DNA of 54,929 nucleotides. Origin: an uncultured Thermotogae bacterium. Its GTDB lineage: Bacteria > Bipolaricaulota > Bipolaricaulia > M55B111. A model generated the notes under the pieces. The model was not told where the DNA came from and made no database searches. It saw nothing but the letters and a program-made list of their open reading frames with translations. The position numbers and the translations under genes were made by a program. The stretch is taken from assembly GCA_964649445.1 (NCBI GenBank), contig CAZYPS010000005.1, positions 1-54,929 of the forward strand. The letters run 5' to 3'. Below, in pieces: positions 18,435 through 28,158 of the stretch; position 1 is the stretch's first letter; each line of letters opens with the position of its first letter.

Positions 18435-19940
18435 GTGGGCACAGTTAGTACTGAAAAGTTCGTCGGAGCGATCGACCAGGGGACGACAGGAACAAGATTC
18501 ATAATATTTGACCACGAGGGCAAACAGATAAGCTCGGCTTATAGAGAACACGAACAAATCTATCCCGAGCCGGGCTGGGTTGAACACGACCCTCAGGAGA
18601 TCTGGATAAATTTAGGGGTAGTGACTCAGGAAGCCCTGAATAAGGCAGGGTTAAAGTCGAGCGATCTTGTGGCTGTGGGAATTACTAATCAGAGAGAAAC
18701 GGTCTTTACCTGGGATGAAGATGGTGTACCCCTTCATAACGGAATCGTTTGGCAGGACCGCCGGACCGCCGACCGGTGCGAAGAGCTGGAGGGAACCAGC
18801 GTAGAACGGGCAGTTGAAGGAAAAACGGGGCTCCGGCTGGATCCTTATTTTTCCGCCACCAAAATAGAGTGGCTCCTGGAAAACGTGGACGGACTCCAGG
18901 ATGAAATGAAAAGAGGCGAAGTTCACTTTGGTACTATCGAGTCCTGGCTCATCTGGAAGCTAACGGGGGGCGAGGTCTACGTTACGGATCATACAAATGC
19001 ATCGCGTACGATGTTGTTCGATATCAGAGAAAAAGACTGGGACCCGGAACTGCTGGATTCTTTCGGTGTACTGAGAAATTGCCTGCCCGATCCGGTAGAA
19101 AACGTAGAAGTCTACGGAGAGGTTAGTAGTTTGGACTCGTTGAAAGGAGTGCCGATTGGTGCCGCTCTGGGCGACCAACAGGCAGCTCTATTCGGTCAGG
19201 GTTGCTACAGTCCGGGGGAGGGGAAGAACACGTACGGTACAGGGTCTTTCTTGCTGGTAAACATCGGAGACGAACCGGATTTTGGAGATAAATTGCTTAC
19301 CACGATAGGTTTTTCTTCCGAGGGAGAAACGAATTACGCTCTTGAAGGTTCGATTTATTCGACAGGAGCGACGATTCAGTGGCTTAGAGATGGTTTGGAT
19401 ATTGTCGACGAGGCGGCCGAAAGTGAAGGGCTGGCCGAAAGCCTGGATGGAAACGACGGAGTATATTTAGTCCCTGCTTTTGCGGGTCTTGGAGCTCCGC
19501 ACTGGGATTCCAACGCTCGGGGAACCATTGTCGGACTAACGAGAGGAAGCGACGAAAGACACCTGGCGAGAGCGGGCCTGGAATCTATTGCCTATCAGGT
19601 TGAAGACGTGTTGCGGGCAATGAGGGAAGAAACGGACCAGGAACTTGCCGAGCTCAGGGTCGACGGTGGAGCTGCCGAGAACGAATTTCTCTGTCAGTTC
19701 CAGAGCGATATTTCCTCCCTTCCCGTGTTGAGAACGGGAATTTTTGAATCTTCCGCCCTCGGTGCGGCCTACGGAGCCGGATTGGCAGTCGAATTCTGGA
19801 ATGATCTGGAAGAACTGGAAGGGTTGATTGAAGCAAAGAACAACCAGAGATTCCAGCCCAGCATGGAAGAAGATCAAAGAAACAAATTATACGAAAAGTG
19901 GAAAGAGGCAGTGGAAAGGGCAAAAGATTGGGATTTGTGA
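18435..19940 (+). CDS. glpK: Glycerol kinase
   Basis: AIDQGTT, GWVEHDP, GITNQRET, WQDRRT, PYFSATK, TNASRT, GDQQAALFGQ, KNTYGTG, PAFAGLGAPHW. Confidence 0.97.
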   Translation: MGTVSTEKFVGAIDQGTTGTRFIIFDHEGKQISSAYREHEQIYPEPGWVEHDPQEIWINLGVVTQEALNKAGLKSSDLVAVGITNQRETVFTWDEDGVPLHNGIVWQDRRTADRCEELEGTSVERAVEGKTGLRLDPYFSATKIEWLLENVDGLQDEMKRGEVHFGTIESWLIWKLTGGEVYVTDHTNASRTMLFDIREKDWDPELLDSFGVLRNCLPDPVENVEVYGEVSSLDSLKGVPIGAALGDQQAALFGQGCYSPGEGKNTYGTGSFLLVNIGDEPDFGDKLLTTIGFSSEGETNYALEGSIYSTGATIQWLRDGLDIVDEAAESEGLAESLDGNDGVYLVPAFAGLGAPHWDSNARGTIVGLTRGSDERHLARAGLESIAYQVEDVLRAMREETDQELAELRVDGGAAENEFLCQFQSDISSLPVLRTGIFESSALGAAYGAGLAVEFWNDLEELEGLIEAKNNQRFQPSMEEDQRNKLYEKWKEAVERAKDWDL

Positions 19941-19979
19941 ATATATACTCATTATTATTTTCGATAATTTTCGCTTTGC

Positions 19980-20008
19980 TTGATAATTAATTGTTTTTTT
20001 GTTAAATT
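19980..20008 (+). promoter_or_regulatory. Putative promoter of the glycerol ABC operon
   Basis: TTGATA (19980-19985), 17 nt spacer, extended -10 TG-T-TAAATT (20003-20008); ATTTTCG direct repeats just upstream. Confidence 0.5.
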
Positions 20009-20228
20009 CGTTTTAATAGTGAAGGTTATCAAATTGCCGGGCAATGAGAAGACGGGAAGAAGCGGGATTTAGTAAAGATAGTAAGCCTTCTTTGATGAGA
20101 AAAATATTTCATTAGATAACTTATACTGTAAGGTGATAACAACCGCATCGAATAGTTAAATACTTTTCTGGTTAATAAAATTAGTAAATTAAATAAAAGA
20201 ACTTAATTTTTACCTAGGAGGCCCTTTT

Positions 20229-21344
20229 ATGGGAATTAAGGCATCGAGCCTTTCCAAAAATTACGGGTCGGAGGTAGTTTTAAAAGACCTTGACCTGACG
20301 GTTCCCGATAATAGCTTCACAAGTATCGTAGCTCCAACCGGAGCCGGGAAGACGACTCTGTTACGTATAATGGCCGGAGTGGAAACTCCGACGAGCGGAA
20401 GGGTCTACTACAATGATAGGGACGTGACGGATGTTTCCGTCCAGAACAGAGACATTTCCATGGTCTACCAGCAGTTCATCAATTATCCTTCTCTATCTAT
20501 TTATGAAAACATAGCCTCCCCTTTAAGGGTTTCGGACGAAAGTCTCACGGAAGACGAAATCGACTCCCGAGTTCACGAGGTTGCGGAACTGTTAAATATT
20601 CAGGGACTTCTGGACCACCTTCCCGAAGAGGCCAGTGGGGGAGAGAAGCAACGTACGGCTATTGCTCGGGCTCTGATAAAAAAGCCTCAGTTCACCTTCC
20701 TTGACGAACCCCTGGCAAATCTCGACTACAAGCTGAGAGAAGAGTTGCGGAGTCAATTTCAGGTTATTTTTAAGGAAGAACAAAGTACTTTCATCTACGC
20801 TACTCCAGCTCCGGAAGATGCATTATCAATGTCTACCCATATAGGATTTCTCCACGAAAAGGATATTTTACAGTTCGGGGAGATAGAGGAGGTTTATTAC
20901 CATCCGGATTACGTTGAGGTAGGATCTTATTTGAATGAACCTCCGATGAATATTCTTACTTCGGAACTGGTGGAGAACGAGGAAGGTCAATATTTTCGGG
21001 TCAGTGACGAATTGAGGGTCAAAGCTTTTGATCTGGATAAACTGGAGACCGGCAGGCATTATCTCCTGGGAGTTAGGCCTCAGGACCTGGAGATAGGGGA
21101 ATTTGAAGGAAACGTCACTTTCGAAACTGTAGTTTCGTTTAACGAGATCGTGGGGTCGACAACAACTCTCCATTCCGATCACGAAGGTCAGGAGATAATT
21201 ATTTTTGCTCCCGAACCCAAACACCGACCGGAAGGCGAAAAACTCACTCTGTCTCTGGATCCTCAGAAGCTATACGTGTTTGATGAGGAGACCAGTGAAT
21301 TGGTAACTCAGGGCACCAAAACGACCTTAGGAGAAAAGAAGTGA
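20229..21344 (+). CDS. glpS: Glycerol ABC transporter ATP-binding subunit (Rhizobium GlpS-like)
   Basis: Walker A APTGAGKT, MVYQQFINYP, SGGEKQRTAIARAL, LDEPLANLDYKLREELR. Confidence 0.88.
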   Translation: MGIKASSLSKNYGSEVVLKDLDLTVPDNSFTSIVAPTGAGKTTLLRIMAGVETPTSGRVYYNDRDVTDVSVQNRDISMVYQQFINYPSLSIYENIASPLRVSDESLTEDEIDSRVHEVAELLNIQGLLDHLPEEASGGEKQRTAIARALIKKPQFTFLDEPLANLDYKLREELRSQFQVIFKEEQSTFIYATPAPEDALSMSTHIGFLHEKDILQFGEIEEVYYHPDYVEVGSYLNEPPMNILTSELVENEEGQYFRVSDELRVKAFDLDKLETGRHYLLGVRPQDLEIGEFEGNVTFETVVSFNEIVGSTTTLHSDHEGQEIIIFAPEPKHRPEGEKLTLSLDPQKLYVFDEETSELVTQGTKTTLGEKK

Positions 21345-21350
21345 TATTTT

Positions 21351-22454
21351 ATGTCCAAGATAGAGTTGCAAAACATAACCCATATTTATCAGTCGGGTGG
21401 CGAGGAAACGGTTGCGGTAAGAGATGTGAACTTAACCCTCGAAGAAGGAACTTCCAATGCCTTGATCGGCCCTTCCGGCTGTGGAAAGACAACTCTGCTC
21501 AATATTATCTCCGGTTTGTTAACACCTACGGAAGGGAAGGTGTTAATAGACGGAAACGATGTAACGGAACTACCTCCTCAGGAGAGGGATATCGCACAGG
21601 TCTTCCAGTTTCCCGTCGTCTACGATTCCATGTCCGTCTACGGAAACCTGGCTTTTCCGCTTAAAAACAGGGGAGTTCCCGGGAAAGAGATAGAAGAACG
21701 GGTTCACGAGACTGCGGAGCTTCTGGGGCTGGAGGATAGATTAGACAAGAACCCGGGCAATTTCGGGCCGGAATGGAGTCAGTTGGTTTCTCTTGGCAGG
21801 GGGATTATCCGGCACGACACGACGGCATTGCTGTTCGATGAACCGATGACCGACGTGGACCCCAGCAGAAAACTCACACTGCGACGACGAGTTAGCCAGG
21901 CTCAGAAAAGATTGAAAGTTACTTCTCTTTACGTGACTCACGACCAGCACGAAGCACTTACTTTTGCTGAAAAAGCGGCCGTAATGAATAAAGGTAGAAT
22001 TGTCCAGTACGGGACACCCGAAGAGTTGTACGCCGAACCAGTATCAACTTTCGTCGGTAATTTTATCGGTAGTCCGGGGATGAATTTTGTCAACTGCGAA
22101 GTCGTGGACAGTAAGCTGAAGATCGGGGACTTTGATGTGCCCATTTCTGATAAACTTAGTGACTCTCTGGATTTCGACGGGAACGACTTAGAGCTTGGGA
22201 TTAGACCTCATCTAATAGATATATCGGAAGAGCGCGAGGAAGGTAAATCCATTCCCGCCACGGTTACGCTCACCGAACACCTGGGGAGTCATCAGATTGT
22301 TACGCTTGAAATCGAGAGTCTGGGCAAGAAATTAAAGGCCGAGTTACCGCTGGAGAAAAAAGTAAAAGTTGGGAAAAAAATGTATATTGGTCTGGATTCC
22401 GAGAATGTCAGGGTGTTTCGTGCCGGACAGGCAGTTGAAGGTATGAAAGAATAA
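21351..22454 (+). CDS. glpT: Glycerol ABC transporter second ATP-binding subunit (Rhizobium GlpT-like; not the MFS GlpT)
   Basis: GPSGCGKT, IAQVFQFPVVYD, degenerate signature then SLGRG, FDEP, YVTHDQ. Confidence 0.88.
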   Translation: MSKIELQNITHIYQSGGEETVAVRDVNLTLEEGTSNALIGPSGCGKTTLLNIISGLLTPTEGKVLIDGNDVTELPPQERDIAQVFQFPVVYDSMSVYGNLAFPLKNRGVPGKEIEERVHETAELLGLEDRLDKNPGNFGPEWSQLVSLGRGIIRHDTTALLFDEPMTDVDPSRKLTLRRRVSQAQKRLKVTSLYVTHDQHEALTFAEKAAVMNKGRIVQYGTPEELYAEPVSTFVGNFIGSPGMNFVNCEVVDSKLKIGDFDVPISDKLSDSLDFDGNDLELGIRPHLIDISEEREEGKSIPATVTLTEHLGSHQIVTLEIESLGKKLKAELPLEKKVKVGKKMYIGLDSENVRVFRAGQAVEGMKE

Positions 22455-22496
22455 CTTTGGGCAAAAATTACTTCTCTCTACCGAAGAGGAGGTCCG

Positions 22497-23360
22497 ATGA
22501 AAAATAGAGCCTGGTGGTTTCTGTTACCCGCATTAGCAGTAATGTCTCTCAGCGCTTTTATACCCTTGATGACGGTAATTAATTACGCTCAGTATTCTGT
22601 ATTCCCTGGCTCCGCTCCTCAATTTGTCGGGATGGAAAACTTTGCGGAAGTGCTGGGGGATCCGGTATTCCTTGGCTCATTGAGGAGGCAGGTTTTATTC
22701 AGTCTGGAAGTATTGCTCATTGAGATACCCCTAGGCCTGGCGATTGCACTTGCCCTGCCGAAGAAAGGAAAATGGGTCGGCTGGAGTCTGGTATTACTGG
22801 GTATTCCCCTTCTCATCCCCTGGAATGTAGTAGGGATTATCTGGAGGGTATTTACGAGATCCGACCTTGGGGCAGTGCCAAAGATGCTGGAGTGGCTCGG
22901 GTACGTAAGTTACAACGCCTCTTCTAATCCGGGAGACGCCTGGTGGACGGTTCTAGCTATGGACGTCTGGCACTGGACTCCTCTGGTGGTCCTATTGTGT
23001 TATGCCGGACTTCAGGCTATACCGGAGGAATATTATCGAGCAGCCAAAATAGACGGGGCTTCGGCCTGGTCCACTTTTAGGTACGTGACTTTGCCTAAGT
23101 TAAGACACGCTCTAATATTGGCCGTTTTGCTTCGGTTTATGGATTCGTTCAAAATCTACGCCGAACCCTTCCAGTTAACCGGTGGCGGACCGGGGAACTC
23201 GACTACGTTTCTAAGCATTTTTACTTCGAGAAAAGCAATAGGCGGGTTTAATATGGGATACGGAGCAGCGGTTTCGATTATTTACTTCTTCCTGGTAATT
23301 CTTCTGTCCTGGTTGCTCTATACGATAATGCTTAACGTAGGAGGAGGTAGTACCAGATGA
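22497..23360 (+). CDS. glpP: Glycerol ABC transporter permease (Rhizobium GlpP-like)
   Basis: NRAW..LLP, PLLIPWNVVG, MDVWHWT, AAKIDGAS, RFMDSF.IY.EP, GGGPGN.TTFLS. Confidence 0.88.
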   Translation: MKNRAWWFLLPALAVMSLSAFIPLMTVINYAQYSVFPGSAPQFVGMENFAEVLGDPVFLGSLRRQVLFSLEVLLIEIPLGLAIALALPKKGKWVGWSLVLLGIPLLIPWNVVGIIWRVFTRSDLGAVPKMLEWLGYVSYNASSNPGDAWWTVLAMDVWHWTPLVVLLCYAGLQAIPEEYYRAAKIDGASAWSTFRYVTLPKLRHALILAVLLRFMDSFKIYAEPFQLTGGGPGNSTTFLSIFTSRKAIGGFNMGYGAAVSIIYFFLVILLSWLLYTIMLNVGGGSTR

Positions 23361-24154
23361 AAAAGCGAAACTTTGCCGTCTGGATTTATTTTGCTTTCCT
23401 GATGATGCCTCTTTACTGGATGTTGAATACCTCGTTCAAAACGAACGACGAAATTCTCAATTATCTCCACTGGTACCCTCACGATTTTACGGTCCAGAAT
23501 TACGTGACGATATTTACATCACCGTTCTGGAGAAGGGGTTTTCTGAACTCGATTGCTTTTGTATCCATGAATGTTGCCATTGTCATAGTAGCTGCCGTTC
23601 CTGCTGCTTACGCGTTTTCCCGCTGGAACTTTAGGGGTGATAAACACCTCTTTTTCTGGCTGTTAACGAATCGAATGGCTCCTCCGGCAGCGTTTATCGT
23701 TCCGTTCTTCGCGCTTTACTCGAATATCGGTCTATTTGATACGCATATAGCTGTGGCCCTGGCACACGCTTTGTTTAACCTGCCCCTTGCCATCTGGATT
23801 CTGGAAGGATTTATGTCGGGAATCCCCCGGCAAATAGATGAAACCGCTTTCGTGGATGGGTATAGTTTCCCGCGATTTTTCTGGAAGATATTCTTTCCCT
23901 TAATTTCCCAGGGCATAGCTGTCTCCGCCTTTTTCGTTTTTCTGTTTTCCTGGGTCGAGTTGTTGCTGGCCAGAACCCTGACTTCCACGGTAGCCAAGCC
24001 GATAACAGTTACGCTTTCCCGAAGTCTCGGGGCCGGAGGCTGGGACTGGGGAGTTCTGGCGGCGGCCGGAGTTTTGACGATGATACCCGGTGGCCTCGTG
24101 GTCTACTTCATCAGGAATCTCATGGCTAAAGGGTTTGCGATGGGGAGGGTTTAA
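23357..24154 (+). CDS. Glycerol ABC transporter permease (Rhizobium GlpQ-like; not the phosphodiesterase)
   Basis: GDKHLFFWLLTNRMAP, WILEGFMSG, DETAFVDGYSFPRFF, WVELLLARTLT, AKGFAMGRV. Confidence 0.88.
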   Translation: MKKRNFAVWIYFAFLMMPLYWMLNTSFKTNDEILNYLHWYPHDFTVQNYVTIFTSPFWRRGFLNSIAFVSMNVAIVIVAAVPAAYAFSRWNFRGDKHLFFWLLTNRMAPPAAFIVPFFALYSNIGLFDTHIAVALAHALFNLPLAIWILEGFMSGIPRQIDETAFVDGYSFPRFFWKIFFPLISQGIAVSAFFVFLFSWVELLLARTLTSTVAKPITVTLSRSLGAGGWDWGVLAAAGVLTMIPGGLVVYFIRNLMAKGFAMGRV

Positions 24155-24156
24155 TA

Positions 24157-24432
24157 ATGGGCTGGATGCGCTGGACTTTACCGTCGGCTTGTTTCTTTGG
24201 CAGTATAGTTGCGATGTTAATTTTCCTTGCCTTCTACGATACCCGGTCTCCCGGCTATCCCCGGAAAGGGCTTTTGCCAATTAAGACCACCCGGGGAGAT
24301 AGAGTATTCATGAGCCTGCTGGCTCTAGGGTCAACTGTATTTATTTGGCTTGCAGTGGTGCCCTCTATGTCTCTCTGGTGGGCAATGGGTATTTCGGCGG
24401 TTGAGGCAGCAATAATCCTTAGGTGGTTCTGA
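24157..24432 (+). CDS. glpU: DUF2160 small membrane protein (GlpU-like)
   Basis: WM.WT, R.GLLPI.TTRGDR.F; sits in the position expected in glpSTPQUV. Confidence 0.85.
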   Translation: MGWMRWTLPSACFFGSIVAMLIFLAFYDTRSPGYPRKGLLPIKTTRGDRVFMSLLALGSTVFIWLAVVPSMSLWWAMGISAVEAAIILRWF

Positions 24433-24454
24433 GGTAAAATAACTCGATCCGGAT

Positions 24455-24466
24455 AGGAGGTGGTAA
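24455..24466 (+). promoter_or_regulatory. Extra upstream SD-like element (STAB-SD-like) of SBP gene
   Basis: AGGAGGTGGTAA about 88 nt before the glpV ATG; no start codon at canonical spacing. Confidence 0.6.
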
Positions 24467-24554
24467 ATTAATTAAAGAATTTTGTCATTTCAGGCTGATG
24501 AAACCAGGAAACCCAAATAACTCTTAAGTTATTCAAAATTAAAGGAGGGTAAAA

Positions 24555-26387
24555 ATGCATTCTAACTTGAGGAGAAATTCGAAATGGCTGGGGTTAACCC
24601 TGGCATTGATTATGGCTCTTACATTTAGTCTGGTTAGCGCCACGGCCCAGGATTGGCCTGATGAACCCAATTACCCGGAAATTACCAAAGAAGAAGCCAT
24701 GGAATGGGCGGAATCACAGTGGGGTCCTCTTTCCGAATACGAAGAAGCCGCGGTGGATTGGGTTTTTAAAGAATTTCAACCTTCCACGCTTACCGTAAAA
24801 GAACAAATCGAAGAGATGGTCTGGTTTGCCCACGCGACTGAGCCCTATCGCGGCATGTCAATCGACTCGGTAGCGGAAACCATTAAAACTCACGTCTGGG
24901 AATCCGAAGTACTGACGGATGCCTTTAAAGATATAACCGGAATCAACGTGACCCATAATATAATTGACGAAGGAGACTTAATAGAAAAACTCCAGACTCA
25001 GCTTGCTACCAGACAGAAGATCTACGACGTTTATGTAAATGACGCGGACTTAATAGGGACGCACGTAAGGCTCCAGGATGCAGTCAACTTGGAGAATTAT
25101 ATGAACGGTGAGGCTGAAGACATCACCAACCCCAACCTCGACCTTGATGACTTCCTAAACCCTGAGTTCGGTCAAAACTACGAAGGGGAACAAATACAGA
25201 TACCTGATCAACAATTCGCGAACCTATATTGGTTCCGCTACGATTGGTTTAACGACCCGGAACTGAAGGAGAAGTTCAAAGATCGATACGGATACGAGCT
25301 TGCCGTGCCCCAGAACTGGGCGGCTTACGAGGATATTGCCGAGTTCTTCACCGAGCACGTCGATAGAGAAGACGTTCCCAATCCTCCAGAGAAGGACGCG
25401 ATCTTCGGTCACATGGACTACGGCAAGAAAGGACCGTCTCTCGGCTGGAGGTTTACCGACGCCTGGCTCTCAATTGCGGGAGTAGGCTCCAAAGGTCTCC
25501 CGAACGGTCTCCCGGTTGACGAGTGGGGAATCAGAGTAAGGGATAGAAAGCCGGTAGGTTCCGTTGTAGCCCGGGGAGGTGCTTTGAATAGTCCGGCAGC
25601 TTACTACGCCACCGAGAAGTACGTAGAGTGGCTCGACGAGTACGCTCCTCCCTATGCGTCTTCGATGAGGTGGTCCGAGGCAGGTCCGGTTCCCTCTCGA
25701 GGTACGATCGCCCAGAGGCCGTTCCAGTACATCACGTTCCTTTCGGCTGATCCGTTTACTGCGCCTGATTCTTCGGTAACCGACGAAGAAGGTAACCCAT
25801 TGTGGCGAGTCGCACCAACTCCGCACGGCAGGTACTGGGAAGAAGGAATGAAGGTAGGTTACCAGGATGCCGGAAGCTGGACCATTTTGAGGATGACAAA
25901 GGGTAAGAAACGTGAAGTTTCCTGGCTCTGGGCCCAGTTTGCCGTATCGAAGAGCATTACTATGAGGAAGTTTGAAGTAGGTAGAACCCCGATTCGGGAA
26001 TCGACCGTAAATTCGGACTACTGGGAAAAGCACGAAGGTGAACTGGGTGGTTTGATCACTTTCTATCAGTCACCCGTGGAGCACATGTGGACGGACACGG
26101 GCATGAACGTGCCCCATTATCCGCTACTGGCGGAACAATGGTGGAAAGAAATTGGCCTGGCGGTTACCGGCGAAAAATCGCCAAAACAGGCGATGGATGA
26201 CCTGGCGGAGACACAGGACGAGCTAATGGCAGAACTGCGTCTGCCAAAGTATTCTCCCGACCTCAACGAAAAGAGGTCCAGAGAATACTGGCTTGAGCAG
26301 GAGGGTTCTCCGAAAGCGGAAAGACCGCCAGAAGATCCGGAGACAGTTCCTTATGACGACCTTTTGGAACAGTGGGAAGAAGAATAA
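24555..26387 (+). CDS. glpV: Glycerol ABC transporter substrate-binding protein (GlpV-like)
   Basis: Signal peptide; EFQPSTL, PDQQFANLYWFRYDWF, GHMDYGKK..SLGWRFTDAWLS, PNGLPVDEWGIR, GYQD.GSWT. Confidence 0.9.
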   Translation: MHSNLRRNSKWLGLTLALIMALTFSLVSATAQDWPDEPNYPEITKEEAMEWAESQWGPLSEYEEAAVDWVFKEFQPSTLTVKEQIEEMVWFAHATEPYRGMSIDSVAETIKTHVWESEVLTDAFKDITGINVTHNIIDEGDLIEKLQTQLATRQKIYDVYVNDADLIGTHVRLQDAVNLENYMNGEAEDITNPNLDLDDFLNPEFGQNYEGEQIQIPDQQFANLYWFRYDWFNDPELKEKFKDRYGYELAVPQNWAAYEDIAEFFTEHVDREDVPNPPEKDAIFGHMDYGKKGPSLGWRFTDAWLSIAGVGSKGLPNGLPVDEWGIRVRDRKPVGSVVARGGALNSPAAYYATEKYVEWLDEYAPPYASSMRWSEAGPVPSRGTIAQRPFQYITFLSADPFTAPDSSVTDEEGNPLWRVAPTPHGRYWEEGMKVGYQDAGSWTILRMTKGKKREVSWLWAQFAVSKSITMRKFEVGRTPIRESTVNSDYWEKHEGELGGLITFYQSPVEHMWTDTGMNVPHYPLLAEQWWKEIGLAVTGEKSPKQAMDDLAETQDELMAELRLPKYSPDLNEKRSREYWLEQEGSPKAERPPEDPETVPYDDLLEQWEEE

Positions 26388-26425
26388 GTATGTCGTTATA
26401 AAGACAGGCGGATAAAATCCCAGAT

Positions 26426-26456
26426 AGCCCAGCAGGTTTTTTCTGCTGGGCTTTTT
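26426..26456 (+). terminator. Rho-independent terminator
   Basis: AGCCCAGCAG / CTGCTGGGCT stem followed by TTTT. Confidence 0.85.
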
Positions 26457-26640
26457 CATTTACCAATACCAACTGGTAATGCTCCAGAGCTTTCCCTGAG
26501 GGTGAATTAGACTGTAGTTGGTTCAGGTGAGTCAAAAATAATTTCTTTACTTATTTTTACGAAATGGATAAAATATTGGACGAGTGAGCCCGATACTTAT
26601 TTTAAATGAGAAATGAAATTGGGCATAATAGATAATGATC

Positions 26641-26652
26641 AGGAGGTGGTAA
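26641..26652 (+). promoter_or_regulatory. Extra upstream SD-like element (STAB-SD-like) of SBP gene
   Basis: AGGAGGTGGTAA, identical to 24455-24466, about 93 nt before the ugpB ATG. Confidence 0.6.
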
Positions 26653-26745
26653 GAGCTAGGGGATAATAAATTGTTAACTTGAAGAATGCGGAAGTATTCT
26701 TCAAAAAAAGAAAAAACGAAAAACTTTTATTAATGGGGGGTTTCC

Positions 26746-28053
26746 ATGCTTAAAAATAAGAGTTTATTTGCTCTTGCCCTAATTTCTGTGCTGGCATTTA
26801 GCGTGACATTTGTGGGACTGGCTCAGGAGCCGGTAGAGATAAAATTCTGGCACGCGATGAGCGGAGCCAGGTTGGAACCGGTAAATACCCTTGTGGAAAG
26901 GTTTAATGAATCTCATCCCAACATCGAAGTTGATGCCACCTTTACTGGGAGCTATGAAGAGACGCTCAATCAAGCTATAACTGCATCACAGGGTGGCAAC
27001 CCGCCAAACGTTATTCAGACATACGAAGTCGGGACCCAGATGATGTGGGATAGCCCCTATGTCGTGCCGATTGAAGATATTGCTGAACCCGGCGAGGTAG
27101 ACTGGGGAGACTTCCTGAACGTAGTTCGAAGGTATTACACCAACAGGGAAGGGAAGCTTGTCTCCATGCCGTTTAATTCTTCTACCGCAATTCTCTATTA
27201 CAACAAAGATATGTTTAGAGAAGCGGGCCTCGACCCGAATGACCCGCCTTCTACTTACGAAGAGGTAGAAGAGATCGGGAGCCAGCTGGTAGAGTCGGGC
27301 GCGGCAAGAAACGCGCTGACCTTTGGTTGGCCTACGTGGATTTTCGAACAGAGCCATTACTGGACTGATAGCCTCTACGTTAATAATGGTAACGGCAGGG
27401 AAGGTAGGGCGACCGAGGTCCTGTTTAACCGTGAACCTGGAAAGAAAATAATGGAGTCCTGGGCTGACTGGGAAGATCAGGATATCCTGGTTTACGGTGG
27501 AAGAGAGTACGAACCCGATTCCGCCTTCCTGTCTCAGCGAGTTGCCATGTTGGCTCAATCAACTTCGCACGCGAAGGATATCGTAGAGACCGCCCCGTTC
27601 GATGTTGGCACCACGTTCCTGCCCCGACCGGCATGGGCAGATCGCGGCGGTACGACGATTGGCGGTGCCTCGCTCTATATCTTTGAAGACGACCAGGAGA
27701 AAATGGAGGCGGCCTGGGAGTTCGTCAAATTCATAAGCAGCACTGAAAGTGCGGTTTACTGGCACAAACAGACGGGCTACTTCCCGATCAGGTACAGTGC
27801 CCTGCGAAAATTGATGAATGAAGGTTGGTTTGCGGACAACCCGAATTTCCTTACCGCGTTTCTTCAGGTGCTAACCGCTAAACGGACTCCGGCAACCTCG
27901 GGTGCCATAGTTGGACGCTTCCCACAGATCAGAGATATCGTTGACGAAGCGGTTACGAATATATTTGCCGATGAAAAGACCGTGGACGAAGCCCTGGATG
28001 AAGCTGCGAGAAAGGCGAATCGAGTGATCGAAAAATACAATGAGTCGGCATAG
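26746..28053 (+). CDS. ugpB: sn-glycerol-3-phosphate/glycerophosphodiester ABC substrate-binding protein (copy 1)
   Basis: FWHAMSG, QTYEVGT, SMPFNSST.ILYYNKD, GWPTW, IGGASL, WHKQTGYFP, PQIR. Confidence 0.88.
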   Translation: MLKNKSLFALALISVLAFSVTFVGLAQEPVEIKFWHAMSGARLEPVNTLVERFNESHPNIEVDATFTGSYEETLNQAITASQGGNPPNVIQTYEVGTQMMWDSPYVVPIEDIAEPGEVDWGDFLNVVRRYYTNREGKLVSMPFNSSTAILYYNKDMFREAGLDPNDPPSTYEEVEEIGSQLVESGAARNALTFGWPTWIFEQSHYWTDSLYVNNGNGREGRATEVLFNREPGKKIMESWADWEDQDILVYGGREYEPDSAFLSQRVAMLAQSTSHAKDIVETAPFDVGTTFLPRPAWADRGGTTIGGASLYIFEDDQEKMEAAWEFVKFISSTESAVYWHKQTGYFPIRYSALRKLMNEGWFADNPNFLTAFLQVLTAKRTPATSGAIVGRFPQIRDIVDEAVTNIFADEKTVDEALDEAARKANRVIEKYNESA

Positions 28054-28086
28054 TGGAAAATAGAAATCTAACTTTGTAAGGGAGCC

Positions 28087-28135
28087 ACGGGGGGTTAAAG
28101 GGGTTTGGCCTTTAGCTCCCCGTTCTTTTTCTTTT
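28087..28135 (+). terminator. Intercistronic hairpin/terminator after SBP
   Basis: ACGGGGGGTTAAAGG / CCTTTAGCTCCCCGT (with G-U pairs), followed by a T-rich tract. Confidence 0.7.
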
Positions 28136-28158
28136 ATAACACTTTCGAGAGGTGAGGT

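Noticed and set aside
20009-20228. Riboswitch or GlpP-type antiterminator in the long glpS leader
   Set aside because: No recognisable aptamer or strong terminator hairpin; only weak AT-rich stems.
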